This document shows, piece by piece, positions 1 through 13,643 of a stretch of DNA of 64,000 bases. Both the position numbers and the translations under genes were made by a program. This DNA is from Eledone cirrhosa (Eukaryota), in NCBI GenBank assembly GCA_964016885.1, contig OZ024751.1:45136001-45200000 (forward strand), read 5' to 3'. The notes under the pieces are model-generated. The model worked only from the letters and a program-made list of their open reading frames with translations, searched no databases and was not told the origin of the DNA. Position 1 is the stretch's first letter. Each line of letters starts with the position of its first letter.

Positions 1-117
1 TTTCATTATAATACCATTATATATTTTAAAGGATTGTAAATAAAACGAGTAAATCAGACAAAGTTGTAATTCCTCTTATTAATATATATATACATATACA
101 TATATATAGGTATTTAA

Positions 118-238
<121 letters not shown>

Positions 239-1313
239 GGATGGTGCTTCCATTCACTAAAGACTCTCCAGAATGTATGAATGACATGATACATTTTCTA
301 GAATTAAGTTAAACTTTAGTTAAACAGAAATAAACAAACTAATAAAATGAGTTCTATAATAAAATAATAAAATTATAAATTAAATAAATACATAAACTAA
401 TAAATAAATATAATGTTTATCATTTAAATTCGATTTTTTTTTTTTTTCTAAAATCTAAAACTGGTTTAAGGAGTAAGATTTGCTCTCTATTATAACACCT
501 CGTTGTTAATTTCGTGTCTTGATTTGCTAGAAATAGCTCCGAAATCTCCATAAAATCAATAAAGAAAGAAGAAAATTGAGCAAAATTTTAATTTTACCAG
601 CTGAGTTGACTGGAGCCACGTGAAATAAAGTGTCTTGCTCAAGGACACACTACGGCGCCGGGAATTAACCTCGTGATCTTAGGATCGTGAGCTGAACACT
701 CTAACCACTATACCGCGGTCTTTCACATGGAAGTCAACAAGGATTGTTTAAAGATGCCTCCTTACTGACCAGCTACTCTCAAGTTACTTGTTGGTATGTG
801 AGAGTGTTCTTAACTGATTTTCAATAATTAAAGACAAACAAATGTCGTGTTGTTGTTGTTGTTGTTGTTGTTATTGTTGTTATTGTTGTTATTGTTGTTT
901 GCTTGGAGAAGTGTATGTGTGTATGTATGCGTATATGTACGAGTGTGTTTGTGTGTGTGTCTTTGTGAGAAGAAGAAGAAGAAGAAGAAGAAGAAGAAGA
1001 AGAAGAAGAAGAAGAAGAAGAAGAAGAAGAAGAAGAAGAAGAAGAAGAAGGATGCCCCCTCCTACCTCCCACCCCACTCAAAAAAACGTGAACGAAAACG
1101 AAACAGTGGAGAGGTCACAACTTCGTCTGAGAGTGAAGAAGAAAATACTGGGATTTCGGCATGTTTTGTCAATATTTTCCGAACTATGTTATACCCAGCA
1201 CAACTTCTTTCTGGGTAATGTTTATACACACACACACACATATATATATATATACAATATATATACATGTATGTACGTGTGTGTGTGTGTATGTGTGCCT
1301 GTGTTGTGTATAT

Positions 1314-1391
<78 letters not shown>

Positions 1392-1464
1392 GTATATATA
1401 TATGTATATATATATATATATGTATATATATATGTATATATATATGTATATATATATGTATATA

Positions 1465-1552
<88 letters not shown>

Positions 1553-1779
1553 TGAATATATAAGCGATCATCAACTTCTTCGAGTTCCATTTGAAGGGGA
1601 AGGTGAGAGTAGCGGGTTTTGATTTCTGGTGTATTTTATGAAAGATGAGTGAGAGCAGCGAGATTTGGGGAGGTTGGGCGTTTCTAATCTGACATTGCTT
1701 TTCTAAACAGGAAGAAATACACCAGGAGAGTGTACTTTCAATACCCGTCAGTCCACGGAGTAATCTGGGCTTTCGTGTG

Positions 1780-2025
1780 TGGTTTCTCTCTGAACTACTC
1801 TAAAGTGCAGTCCCCAAACTATTGGGAAACTTGCCCTTGTTGTTATTTGTTAGGGTTTTCTATTGTTATATATTTATATATTACAATTTCTAATATTGCT
1901 ATTCCTATCTTTGTCTCTTTCGGTGATGCCCCTTTTCCTTTACTTGATGTAAACTCCACTCTGTGTTGTTTTTGTCCTTGTATTTTCCCCCATTGTCTTT
2001 GTCCTAGCGACCAATAAAAGAAATC
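1780..2025 (+). mobile_element. Possible diverged Tx1-type 3' UTR remnant
   Basis: Ends CTTTGTCCTAGCGACCAATAAAAGAAATC, similar to the Tx1 3' ends above, and contains CTATTGGGA as in the copy A and D UTRs. No coding remnant recognised. Confidence 0.35.
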
Positions 2026-3128
2026 ATAGCGGATTGGCATTAATCGGTAGAGCGTCGGATAAAACGCGGCACTTGCTCCAACTCATTAAGCTCTGGGTTC
2101 AAATCGCGTAGAGGTCAAATTTGCCCATCATCGATAAGATATAGTACCAGTTGAATACTGGAGTCAATTCAATCAACTTTTCCCCCACCTTCTCTTTCCA
2201 AATTATTACTAGCCTTGTACTTAATTTTGAAATCGCTATTTCTAAAATAGTTGCTTCCATTTTGTTCGAGTAAGATGAAAAATTCTGTTAAGGGAAACAT
2301 TTGAAGAATTCTATATAATGGCGATTGTCATCGGTTAACATTATTTTACGACACATAAACTGCTGCTGCTCTTTGAAAAGGCATTAATATCAAAAGTTCC
2401 AACTTTATTCTCTCGGAAAATAAAATAAACGCCCTAGTGTCTTGTCGAGAAAAAAAAAAAATATGTATGATAAATGACTACCGAAAGCCATAAAACACGA
2501 ATTAAGCTCCAGTTGCGATAACTTGTTGACAGCTTGCTTTTTATTAGTAGTAACAGTAGTATTTTTGTATTTTACTTGCAGTAAAATCCAATCTATATCA
2601 TCTTATGTAGCTAATAAAATTCTTACATTGGAGAAGGTCTCGCAATGTTCTCAATATTTCAACATGGTGGCATGTTAGAAAATTTGTCGTCTGCTGATAT
2701 TCTTTAATAAATTATCACAGTTTGAGGAGTCTGTTGTAACTTCTTATTTGCAATATCTTCATATTCTGAGATTCCTTTATTTTGATTCATTCTTTTATTC
2801 TGTTAATCTGTTTTGGTATCATTTGACTGCGGCAATGCTGGGGCACCACCTTGAAGTGATTTAGTTGATCATATCGACCGCATTACTTTTTTATTATCTT
2901 TTATTTTTCAAATCCATATATTATGTTACCGATCTCTTTTTGTGAAACCGGTACGTTACGGGATATATATATATGTGGGGGGGGGGGGGGGGCGTATGTG
3001 TGTTATTTATATGTTGTTTAATGGATTCTGAAGAAAAAAAAATAATGGAACAACTTACTGTATTTATAGAAACATTCGTAAGTCAATTAAATAATTGAAT
3101 GTAATTTAATCCTGGTTATTTTATTCTG

Positions 3129-3215
<87 letters not shown>

Positions 3216-3312
3216 TGTGTATATATATATACGAACATTCCACAAGGGGAAGCATCACAAAAGCACAATATAGTACAAATATGATGAAAGACATATTACT
3301 GTAACATTTCAT

Positions 3313-3333
3313 ATAGATAGATAGGTAGGTAGG

Positions 3334-3411
<78 letters not shown>

Positions 3412-3412
3412 T
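3313..3412 (+). repeat. (GATA)n microsatellite, first of four tracts (3313-3412, 3882-3993, 5902-5945, 8428-8510) separated by Tx1 insertions
   Basis: Directly visible tetranucleotide repeat. Confidence 0.97.
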
Positions 3413-3880
3413 CTTTATTTGCCACAGGGGCGTACAAAAATGGGACATTACAAGACGTGACGGCGGGGGTTTTACATAAAAATAACTTTAACATTAATAA
3501 TTAACAATAAACTATATATAATAAAATAACAATTGAAATCCCCAATAGGGGGGGAACGTTACTGCGGGGTTGTTTTACACCCCATGGATAGAACTACCCT
3601 CAACACCAGGAACACGTTTTATATGTGTTCCTGTCTTCCCTCTGTTTATCTTCCTCAACCTACAGGTTTATATACAGAGAAGACCCATTCACTTGGGCCA
3701 TTTTTGCCACATTCACCCACCTTTCAGCGAATTTACTGGGGTGTAGCACCTCTCTCTCCACTCTCACCTTCCTTCTGAAGTGATACTTAAAGAAGGGGAT
3801 GAGTTGTTGTCCGGAGAGAAAGGTGTTTGCCCTCAATCTTTTTAACCTCGTCCACCATATTACCTCTTTCGCCATAGCCA
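3413..3880 (-). mobile_element. Tx1-clade non-LTR retrotransposon, heavily 5'-truncated copy A, in a (GATA)n tract
   Basis: Encodes AMAKEVIWWTRLK.LR..TFLSGQQL..FFKYHF..K.R.EREVLHPS, homologous to the C-terminus of copies B and C. The 3' UTR ends GTGGCAAATAAAGA followed by (TATC)n. GATA tracts flank both sides. Confidence 0.9.
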
Positions 3881-3942
3881 CTAGACAGAGATAGATAGAG
3901 AGAGAGATAGATATATAGATAGATAGATAGATAGATAGATAT

Positions 3943-3993
<51 letters not shown>

Positions 3994-3994
<1 letters not shown>

Positions 3995-5901
3995 GTTTCT
4001 TTTATTTGCCACTAGGGCATCAAAAGTGGGACAAGTACAAAGGGGGGAGTTTACACAAAAAGGCGTCCTCAATAAGGAGGAGGCAATAACAAAATATAAA
4101 AATAAAATGAGATATAACAAAAAATAAAATTTTTAACAAAATCCTCAATAGAGAGGAGGCGCCTTGGGGGGTCGCACACACCCCCGAAAAAAGTGTGCAA
4201 CCCTTCTCCTCAGGAGCACAGAGAAGGGGTGCTCCCTTGGTCTTTCATCTTCCTCACCTATAGTCTGATGTAGAGTGAAGGCCCATTCACACGGGCCATT
4301 CTCGCCACTTTCACCCATCTTTCATAGAAACAGCTGGGGTGCAGCACCTCTCTCTCCATCCTGATCCTTCTTCCGAAATGATATCGGAAGAAACGGACCA
4401 GTTGTTGGCCAGAGAGAAAGGTGCCTGACCTCAGTCCTTTCAGACGCGTCCACCATACAACCTCTTTCGCCATGGCTATTACGCACAGAAACACCGCCTC
4501 TGCTTCATCTTTGAAGGGGGGAGGCGGCTTGATCATTACAATAGACTCGGTGGTCAACCGGATCGGTCCCACCCTTGACAGCAGTTGTTCGACATAGCCC
4601 CACAGATCGGCTACGCCCGAGCAGTGTACCAATGCGTGTGCAACGGTTTCCTCGTCGCACACGCATCTGGGACAGATCTTTTTGGCGGGGTCCCTACCCG
4701 GGCGCCCGTGTCTGTAGAGCCTTTCTCGAACGGGTAAAGCCCCTCGGTAGCACTGCCAGGCCAGGGACTTCTGGAAGTTGTCCATAGGTCCCGGGCTGAA
4801 TGTCCTACCGAACAGGCTGGCCAGTTCGTCCTCCTCCATGTCTAGGGCTTCTCCGAGGACGTCGTCGCACTTGCTGCGTACCAGCCCTCTATAGAATGTT
4901 GCGGTGGAGTCTCCACTGATAACCGGATCCGCCTGCCAGAGGGCGGTGAGCGCCTGGGCACACTCAGTGTGCCAGGCGCCCAGTTTTCTCGGTCTTTGCT
5001 TGACCCAGGATTGCAGCTCGGTGAGTGAGACGAGTCTGGGAAAGGTTCGTCTCACAAACGAGGCCCACACCGGTTGTCCGGTGAGGAATACATAGAGGTG
5101 CCGTAGCCTTAATGCGTGTTTACGCATCATTAGCCACGGCATCCCCAGCCCTCCTTTCGAAGGGTGTTGACAGCAGATGGATCTCCTCACCATAGGAGCC
5201 CGCCTCTTCCAAAGGAATTGGAAGAGCGCGCGCTCCATCTTGGTGAGGGTTTCCCTTGGGCAGGGCACTACGGTCAGGCGGTAGTAGATGACGGACGCTA
5301 TGTAGGTGTTCGCCACCTCCGCCCGACCTTTCAGGGATAGTTTGCAACTGGCCCACTTCTGGGTCAGTGCAAACACCCTGTTCGTAACCTCCGCCCAGTT
5401 TTTCTCCACCTGGAGGTCCGGTCCGAACCAGACCCCGAGCAACTTCACCGGGCCCTCCGTCCAGCGTCCGACGACGCCATCGGAGGGCATCGGTCTGCCC
5501 CTCCACGTGCCGAGTTGCAAACCGATCGACTTGTCCCGGTTCAGCTTAGCCCCTGTGAACTTTTCGTACTCCTCCAGTAAGGTGCCGACCGCCTCGATTT
5601 CGGAGGCCGTCGACACCATTACTGTCACGTCATCGGCGTAGGCCGACACCGCTTTCCGCAATCCCAGTTCCAAAGGGATGCCCTGCAACAACTCCAACTT
5701 CCGCAGTAGTGGCTCGAGAGTCAACACATACAGAAGGGAGGAGAGAGGGCACCCTTGTCGGATGGACCGCGCGATTTTGAACGGCTCCGAGAGGTAGCCG
5801 TTCACCTTGACCCTAGAGCAGATGCGGCTGCTGTGCATAGCAGTGATCCAGCCCCTGAAAACGGGTCCGAAGCCTGCCGCCGCTAGCACCGCATCCAGGT
5901 A
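3994..5901 (-). mobile_element. Tx1-clade non-LTR retrotransposon, 5'-truncated copy B (open RT C-terminal half plus zinc knuckle)
   Basis: RT motifs IRQGCPLSSLLY and AYADDV, KLLGVWFG, KLSLKGRA, GGLG, and CPRC..DEETVAHALVHC (zf-RVT type). Stop at 4258, ~265 nt 3' UTR with AATAAA, flanked by (GATA)n. Confidence 0.95.
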
Positions 5902-5908
5902 GATAACC

Positions 5909-5945
<37 letters not shown>

Positions 5946-5947
<2 letters not shown>

Positions 5948-8427
5948 TTTCTTTTTATTTGCCACCAGGGCATCAAAAAGTGGGACAAGTACAATGGGGG
6001 GAGTTTACATGAAAAGGCGTCCTCAATAAGGAGGAGGCAATAACAAAATATAAAAATAAAATAAAATATAACAAAATAAAATTTATAACAAAATCCTCAA
6101 TAGAGAGGAGGCGCCTTGGGGGTCGCACACACCCCCGAAAAAAAGTGTGCAACCCTTCTCCTCAGGAGCACAGAGAGGGGGTGCTCCCTTGGTCTTTCAT
6201 CTTCCTCACCTATAGTCTGATGTAGAGTGAAGGCCCATTCACACGGGCCATTCTCGCCACTTTCACCCATCTTTCATAAAAACGGCTGGGGTGCAGCACC
6301 TCTCTCTCCATCCTGATCCTTCTTCCGAAATGATATCGGAAGAAACGGACCAGTTGTTGGCCAGAGAGAAAGGTGTCTGACCTCAGTCCTTTCAGACGCG
6401 TCCACCATACAACCTCTTTCGCCATGGCTATTACGCACAGAAACACCGTCTCTCCTTCGTTTTTGAAGAGGGGAGGCGGCTTGATCGTTACAATAGACTC
6501 GGTGGTCAACCGGATCGGTCCCACCCTTGACAGCAATTGTTCGACATAGCCCCACAGATCGGCAATGCCCGAGCAGTGTACCAATGCGTGTGCAACGGTT
6601 TCCTCGTCGCACACGCATCTGGGACAGATCTTTTTCGAAGGGTCCCTACCCGGGCGCCCGTGTCTGTAGAGCCTTTCTCGAACGAGCAGAGCCCTTCTGT
6701 AGCACTGCCAGGCCAGGGACCTCCGGAAGTTATCCATGGGTCTCGGGCTGAATGTCCTACCGAACAGGTTTGCCAGTTCGTCTTCCTCCATGCCTAGGGC
6801 TTCTCCGAGGGCGTCGTCGCACCTGCTAACCACCAGCCCTCTATAGAATGACGAGGTGGATTCTCCACTGACAGCCAGGTCCGCCTGCCAGAGAGCCGTG
6901 AGCGCCTGGGCACACTCGGTGTGCCAGGCGCCCAGTTTTCTCGGTCTTTGCTTGACCCATGATTGCAGCTCGGTGAGTGAGACGAGTCTGGGAAAGGCTC
7001 GCCTCACAAACGAGGCCCACACCGGTTGACCGGTGAGGAATACCTGGAGGTGCCGTAGCCTTAATGCGTGTTTACGTATCATTAGCCACGGCATCCCCAG
7101 CCCTCCTTTCGAAGGGTGTTGACAGCAGATGGATCTCCTCACCATAGGAGCCCGCTTCTTCCAAAGGAATTGGAAGAGTGCGCGCTCCATTTTGGCGAGC
7201 GTTTCCCTTGGGCAAGGCACAACGGTCAGGCGGTAGTAGATGACGGGCGCTATATAAGTGTTCGCCACCTCCGCCCGACCTTTCAGGGACAGTTTGCACT
7301 CGGCCCACTTCTGGGTCAGTGCAAATACCCTGTTCGTTACCTCACCCCAGTTCTTCTCCACCTGGAGGTCTGGTCCGAACCAGACCCCGAGCAACTTCAC
7401 CGGGCCCTCCGTCCAGCGCCCGACGACGCCATCGGAGGGCATCGATCTGCCCCTCCACGTGCCGAGTTGCAGACCGATCGACTTGTCCCGGTTCAGCTTA
7501 GCCCCTGTAAACCTTTCGTACTCCTCCAGTAAGGTGCCGACCGCCCCGATTTCCGAGGCCGTCGACGCCATTACTGTTACGTCGTCGGCGTAGGCCGACA
7601 CCGCTTTCCGCAATCCCGGTTCCAACGGGATGCCCTGCAACAACTCCAACTTCCGCAGCAGTGGCTCTAGAGTCATCACATACAGAAGGGAGGAGAGAGG
7701 GAACCCTTGTCGGATGGACCGCGCGATTTCGAACGGCTCCGATAGGTAGCCGTTCACCTTGACTCTAGAGCAGATGCGGCTGCTGTGCATGGCATTGATC
7801 CAGCCCCTGAAAACGGGTCCGAAGCCTGCCGCCGCTAGCACCGCATCCAGGTAACCATGGTCGACCCTATCGAACGCCTTAGATTGATCCAAGTTGATCA
7901 GGGCCCCACCAAAGCTGGGTTCGTTCCCAACCCTCTCTATGATGTATCGCATGAGGTGGAGGTTGTCGTGGCTGGACCTGGTGGGAAGATGCATGTCTGC
8001 GCATCTCCCACCAGGTTGCCCCACGACAAGCGCCAACCTCTTTGCTAGCACCTTGGCCAAAATCTGTAACTCTGTATTTAGCAGAGTTATGGCCTGAAAT
8101 TATTATATCGTCCCCCTTGTTCTCGTCCCTTCCTCACTAGCGTGACTACGCCTTGGTCACAGCACAGGGAATTCTCCCGTTCTGTTGCCAGTTGCAGTAG
8201 ACCGCCTCGAGGAGATCGGGGAACAAGTCCGGCATAGCTAGATACAGTTCGTATGGAAGACCATCGAGACCCGGGGATTTTGCGGTTTGCCGCATTGGTT
8301 CAGCACGTCCCCTCTATCTCAGCGGCTGAAATCGGCTCCTCGCAGGACTTCGCCTCCCTGTCCGAGAGACGCGGCAGGCCGTCGAGGTATGGACCGAAGT
8401 CCACATCCCAACCGGCTCCCCGCCCCT
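5946..8427 (-). mobile_element. Tx1-clade non-LTR retrotransposon, 5'-truncated copy C (most of RT domain; frameshifted near 5' end)
   Basis: Motifs AKVLAKRL, LDQSKAFDRVDH, IRQGFPLS, AYADDV and CPRC..ETVAHALVHC. Near-identical to copy B over the shared part. Upstream 8060-8427 is RT-proximal sequence with indels. Flanked by (GATA)n. Confidence 0.95.
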
Positions 8428-8511
<84 letters not shown>

Positions 8512-9079
8512 CATCCTTTCATGACAGAAACAACTCCGTCCCACCGACCCAGTACTTCCCCTTCTTACCCTGCACTGAAGAACAATAAACAAACGAACAA
8601 AACAAAGTGTTAGTATCTGGGTAATCAAAGATGACGTTGAATAATGGTTCATGTGTGTTTATTTGTAAGCCAGCTAAAATCAAACAACAGAACGTATTGA
8701 ATGCAAAGCGTCTCATTTTACTGAGAAGGTACGTCATGGCTTTCAACTACCCTTGTGGCAAACTGTGTTGCCCCAAGGGGAAACAACTGCTGACGTTGAT
8801 CGATCCATTTTCATGTCGCTCCAGTGCAGATTTTTCTACCCAGAAACACAATACTAGCAATAGTGTGTATATTTTGGGGTGCTTATCTGAATAAACGTAA
8901 TTTGTTTGTGTGCGAGAAAGAGGGAGAGAGGGAGAGATTGCGTGTGTGTGTGTGTGGTGTGTTTGTGTGTCTGAGTTTGTAGGGTGCTTGTGTGTGTATG
9001 TGTGTATATGTATTTTGTTTGTGTTTGTGTGTGTTTATTTATGCATACACGTAAAGGCATGTATATATATATATATATA

Positions 9080-9130
<51 letters not shown>

Positions 9131-9145
9131 TGTATATATTCACGC

Positions 9146-9185
<40 letters not shown>

Positions 9186-9206
9186 TGTATATATTCACGC
9201 CTTTAT

Positions 9207-9240
<34 letters not shown>

Positions 9241-9535
9241 GTGTGTGTATGCGTGTGTGTGTGTGTGTGTGCGTGTGTGTGTGGATAATAATAATAATAA
9301 TAAGAAGAAGAAGAAGAAGAAGAAGAAGAACAAAGAAGAAGAAGAAGAAGAAGAAGAAGAAGAAGAAGAAGAAGAAGAAGAATGTATAATAATAAATAAT
9401 ATATTAAGAGTGAGGCGGTTAAGATGTGTCTCTCTATCAAAACCTTTGTCAAGGACGATAGGGCTGGAAATTAATAGAAACACAATTTTGAAAACCGTTT
9501 TCAAACAACATGGCGCTAGGTATACACACAGACTG

Positions 9536-9575
<40 letters not shown>

Positions 9576-9638
9576 TATATATATATATATATATACTTAT
9601 ATATATATATATATACACACACACATATATATATGTAG

Positions 9639-9709
<71 letters not shown>

Positions 9710-9761
9710 ATAATATACTTATATATATTATATATACACACACACACATATATATATGTAG

Positions 9762-9806
<45 letters not shown>

Positions 9807-10001
9807 TTATATGTATTTATTTTTATAACCCAGTAGGGTTTACTGAACTAAATCTATTAAATCTTTTATGTTCCCTATATCTGATGACGTCGCCGATCGT
9901 CTTGCATCATGGTCTGATGACGTAAGCCGATCACTGAAATACGTATTGTGTAATTGTGAAACATCAGTTGGATATATGGCAATCCGCCCTTCTATTTTCA
10001 T

Positions 10002-10058
<57 letters not shown>

Positions 10059-10137
10059 TGCATATACAAATGCAAAAATACATGCATACGTACGTACATA
10101 CTTATATACATACAGACATCTGCGATATATATATATG

Positions 10138-10254
<117 letters not shown>

Positions 10255-10351
10255 TATATATATATTATATATATATGTATATGTACATATGTATATCAAC
10301 TATATATATATATATGTGTGTATATATACATATATATATATACATATATAC

Positions 10352-10392
<41 letters not shown>

Positions 10393-10395
10393 CTA

Positions 10396-10446
<51 letters not shown>

Positions 10447-10739
10447 ATGTACATATGTATATAACTATATATATATATTGTGAGTGAGTGTGTGCGTGTG
10501 TGTATGTATGTAGGTGCTTATTTATGTGTTTGTGTGTGTGTATGTGTGTACATGCACCAATTTCTCGTCTCTTCCAGCGAAGCCACTGTTGTCTTGAATC
10601 CTTCCTGTTCCGGTGTGTCATGGAATAAAAACAAGTCCTTAACCGGATATCCGTTTCCAGAGTACACTGCCCTTACCAATCAGCAATCGTACACGTCATT
10701 TGACTACGTTTTCATCAGCCAGTAGCTCAAACAACATCG

Positions 10740-10819
10740 CAGCTGTCTTCTATCATCATCATCATCATCATCGTCATCATCATCATCATCATCGTCATCG
10801 TCATCGTCGCTGTCTTCTT

Positions 10820-10867
<48 letters not shown>

Positions 10868-11582
10868 GTCGCTGTCTTCTTATCATCATCATCATCATCA
10901 TCATCATCGTCGCTGTCTTCTTATCATCATCATCATCATCATCATCGTCGCTGTCTTCTTATCATCATCATCATCATCATCATCATTATCGTCGTCGTCG
11001 TCATCATCATCATCATCGTTATCATAAGCATCATTTTCTTCATCATCATCATCATCATGATCAACATCAATATATATATCGTTAGTGTCATCTCATCTTC
11101 ATCATCATCATCATCATCATCAATATATCTATTGTTAGTATCATCATTATCATCATCATCATCATCACCATCATAAACATGATCATCATCACCATCTTCA
11201 TAATTATCATCGTAATCATCGTTATCCTAGACATAAAGATTATCATAATTATCTCCATTGCAATCATCATCAACATTATCGTACTTTTCATCGCTAATAT
11301 TCATCATCATCCTCGCTATTATCATTGTTATCATCGTTATAATGATATCCTCATCTACATATTCATCATCCTTGTCATCATCATTATCATCATCATCACC
11401 ACCATCATCATCATGTCCATCATCGTCGTTGTCATCGTTACCATCATCGTCATTTTCATTGTCGTCGATAACGTTCTCTCATGCATCGTTTTCGTCATTA
11501 ATTTTCGTCCTCTTAAGCCTCATCATCATCATTGTCTTCTTATGTGTCGTCATCATCATCGCCTTAAACGTCATCATCATCT
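10740..11582 (+). repeat. (CAT)n microsatellite, compound at the 5' end (punctuated by CGTCGCTGTCTTCTT) and degenerate 3'
   Basis: Directly visible. Confidence 0.9.
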
Positions 11583-12373
11583 CTATCTCTCTCCATTTCT
11601 CTCTCTCTCTCTCTCTCTCAACTCTCTCTCTCTCTCTCTCTCTCTTCATTACATTCATTCCCTTTTCTCTTATACACTCTTATCCAACACCTCTTCTATA
11701 TATACTATCTATCAATCTATATATATATATATACATCCATTGTATATATATCCATTGTCTATATATCCTCTCTATCACCACCCCGCACCCCCACCCCCCA
11801 CCCCCCCCCACCCACACACACAACACGACACCCACCATCACCACCTTCACCCCCATCACCACCTCCACCGCCACCTTCACCCCCCACCACCACCACCACC
11901 CGCCATCACTTCCCCCCTACCCCTCCAAACCAACACCGCCACCTCACCCCACCACAATACCACCATCACTATCCCCCACCACCACGACCCCCCCCACCCA
12001 CCACCCACCAATACCACCATCACTACCACCACCACCACCACCAATACCACCACCACCACCACCCATCCTACTTCTACCTCTCAGTACTTCACAAGCCAGA
12101 CTGGAACTCGCGATTCCTTGTTAATGTAGACCGTCGTGTGAATAGTGAATACACTTGCCAAACAGAAAACAAACAAACTACACGAAGTATTACGAATAGT
12201 AATATATAGTAATAATATTTGCACACAACCCAAAACATTGTAGCTTGCATCACTTCTATTCTTCATCACTTCATCACCAATATTTTTACAATATATTACA
12301 TATATATATGGTGTGTGTGTGTGTGTACATATACAGTATATATATATTTGTATTATGTACATATTATATATAC

Positions 12374-12419
<46 letters not shown>

Positions 12420-12422
12420 GAG

Positions 12423-12454
<32 letters not shown>

Positions 12455-12460
<6 letters not shown>

Positions 12461-12620
12461 TCAGGACCACGACGAATGAGCTCCGGTCGTTTCGTAGCTG
12501 TCGAAACGGCCGGAGTTCAGCGTCGGGGTCCTGATTCTTTTTCTATTACCCACTCTACTACCCTAAGTATCAAGTACTCTGGTGCGTTATGGTCCAGCTG
12601 GTATCTTCCACACCTTCTAT
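12455..12620 (+). mobile_element. Hairpin-ended half-hammerhead element, copy 1 (diverged)
   Basis: Hairpin 12455-12540 with GTCGAAACGG...CGTCGGGGTC; tail homologous to the reverse complement of 19902-19980. Confidence 0.8.
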
Positions 12621-12663
12621 TATATATATATATAATATATATATTATAGAAAAATTTCGCTAC

Positions 12664-13003
12664 AATAAATGTAATCTGAGTTTTTCGAATATTAATAATA
12701 ACATTCGATTCGTTTGCAATTATGCAAACAAGTCTCAATTTTATAGCCATGTCAGTAGAATTAACACTTCATTTTTGCTCTTTGTTCGCATGCCAGCACA
12801 AGAGTAAGAATGAAGTGTTCATTCTACTGACATGGCTATAAATTGAGTCTTGTTTGCATAATTGCAAACGAATCGAATGTCTTTGCCTTTCATCCTTATG
12901 GGGTCGATAAAATAAAGTACCAGTAATACACTGGGTAATAGCTGGCCTTGTGCCAAAAGTAGAAACAATTATTAATATTCGAAAAACTCAGATTACATTT
13001 ATA
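12664..13003. mobile_element. Fold-back or MITE-like inverted repeat interrupted by a SINE fragment (12881-12970)
   Basis: 12664-12782 pairs with 12800-12880 plus 12969-13003. The insert matches the TTTGCCTTTCATCC..GGGGTCGATAAAATAAAGTACCAG SINE. Confidence 0.8.
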
Positions 13004-13010
13004 TATATAT

Positions 13011-13039
13011 TGGTTCGGTCTGACGAGTTCCACATCACT

Positions 13040-13073
<34 letters not shown>

Positions 13074-13103
13074 AGTGATGGGGAACTCGTCAGACCGAAC
13101 CAA
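13011..13103. repeat. Short inverted repeat around (TA)n carrying a CUGACGA hammerhead 5' half
   Basis: TGGTTCGGTCTGACGAGTTCC.CATCACTGGT (TA)n ACCAGTGATG.GGAACTCGTCAGACCGAACCA. Confidence 0.75.
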
Positions 13104-13306
13104 GGAAACAATATTTCCATTGGTCTTTTCAATTGGAGATACTATCTACCGGTCGCAATTCCTGACAAGGAACAACACATCGTTTTACTCGGGAATCGAA
13201 CACACAGCCTTGCGTGTGAATCCAACTTCCTAAGCCCTAAGCAAAACAACCAATTGACTGTAAAAACATTAGGAACATTTGAAATTTCAGATGTAGTCGT
13301 CTAAAT

Positions 13307-13643
13307 CAGGGGTTCTCAACCTTTCTTTCGCTGTGGACCACCAAAATAAGTAATTTTTTCCCGTGGACCACCTAAACTTTAAAATCTTTTGTAATAGAAC
13401 TGCTACTTATAAGCATCAGTAGATGGGTTTTTTCAATGAATTAGATAGTGCTATTATCATGTCGCAGTGCCTAAAAATCTACGCAAATAAACAGCTGAAG
13501 TCGTACTTATGCGAAGAATAAGAACAGCGCTTAAGTCAAATGCAGGGATCAAAAAAGAATTTGCTATTGAAACTTTTCTGTGGACCACCTGAATTTTCCT
13601 GTGGACCACTAGTGGTCCACATGGACCAGATTCAGAACCCCTG
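13307..13643. mobile_element. hAT (Charlie-like) MITE
   Basis: TIRs CAGGGGTTCT / AGAACCCCTG, perfect 8-bp TSD GTCTAAAT (13299-13306 and 13644-13651), subterminal GTGGACCAC repeats. Confidence 0.9.

Noticed and set aside
1050-1220. Possible exon [21 protein letters not shown]... ending GG|GTAATG
   Set aside because: No recognisable homology or acceptor; preceded by a (GAA)n tract.
5902-5994. N-terminus of the 578-aa ORF (MYLSHF...LSIYLSIY)
   Set aside because: Chance read-through from the copy C 3' UTR across the TATC tract into truncated copy B; not a real start.
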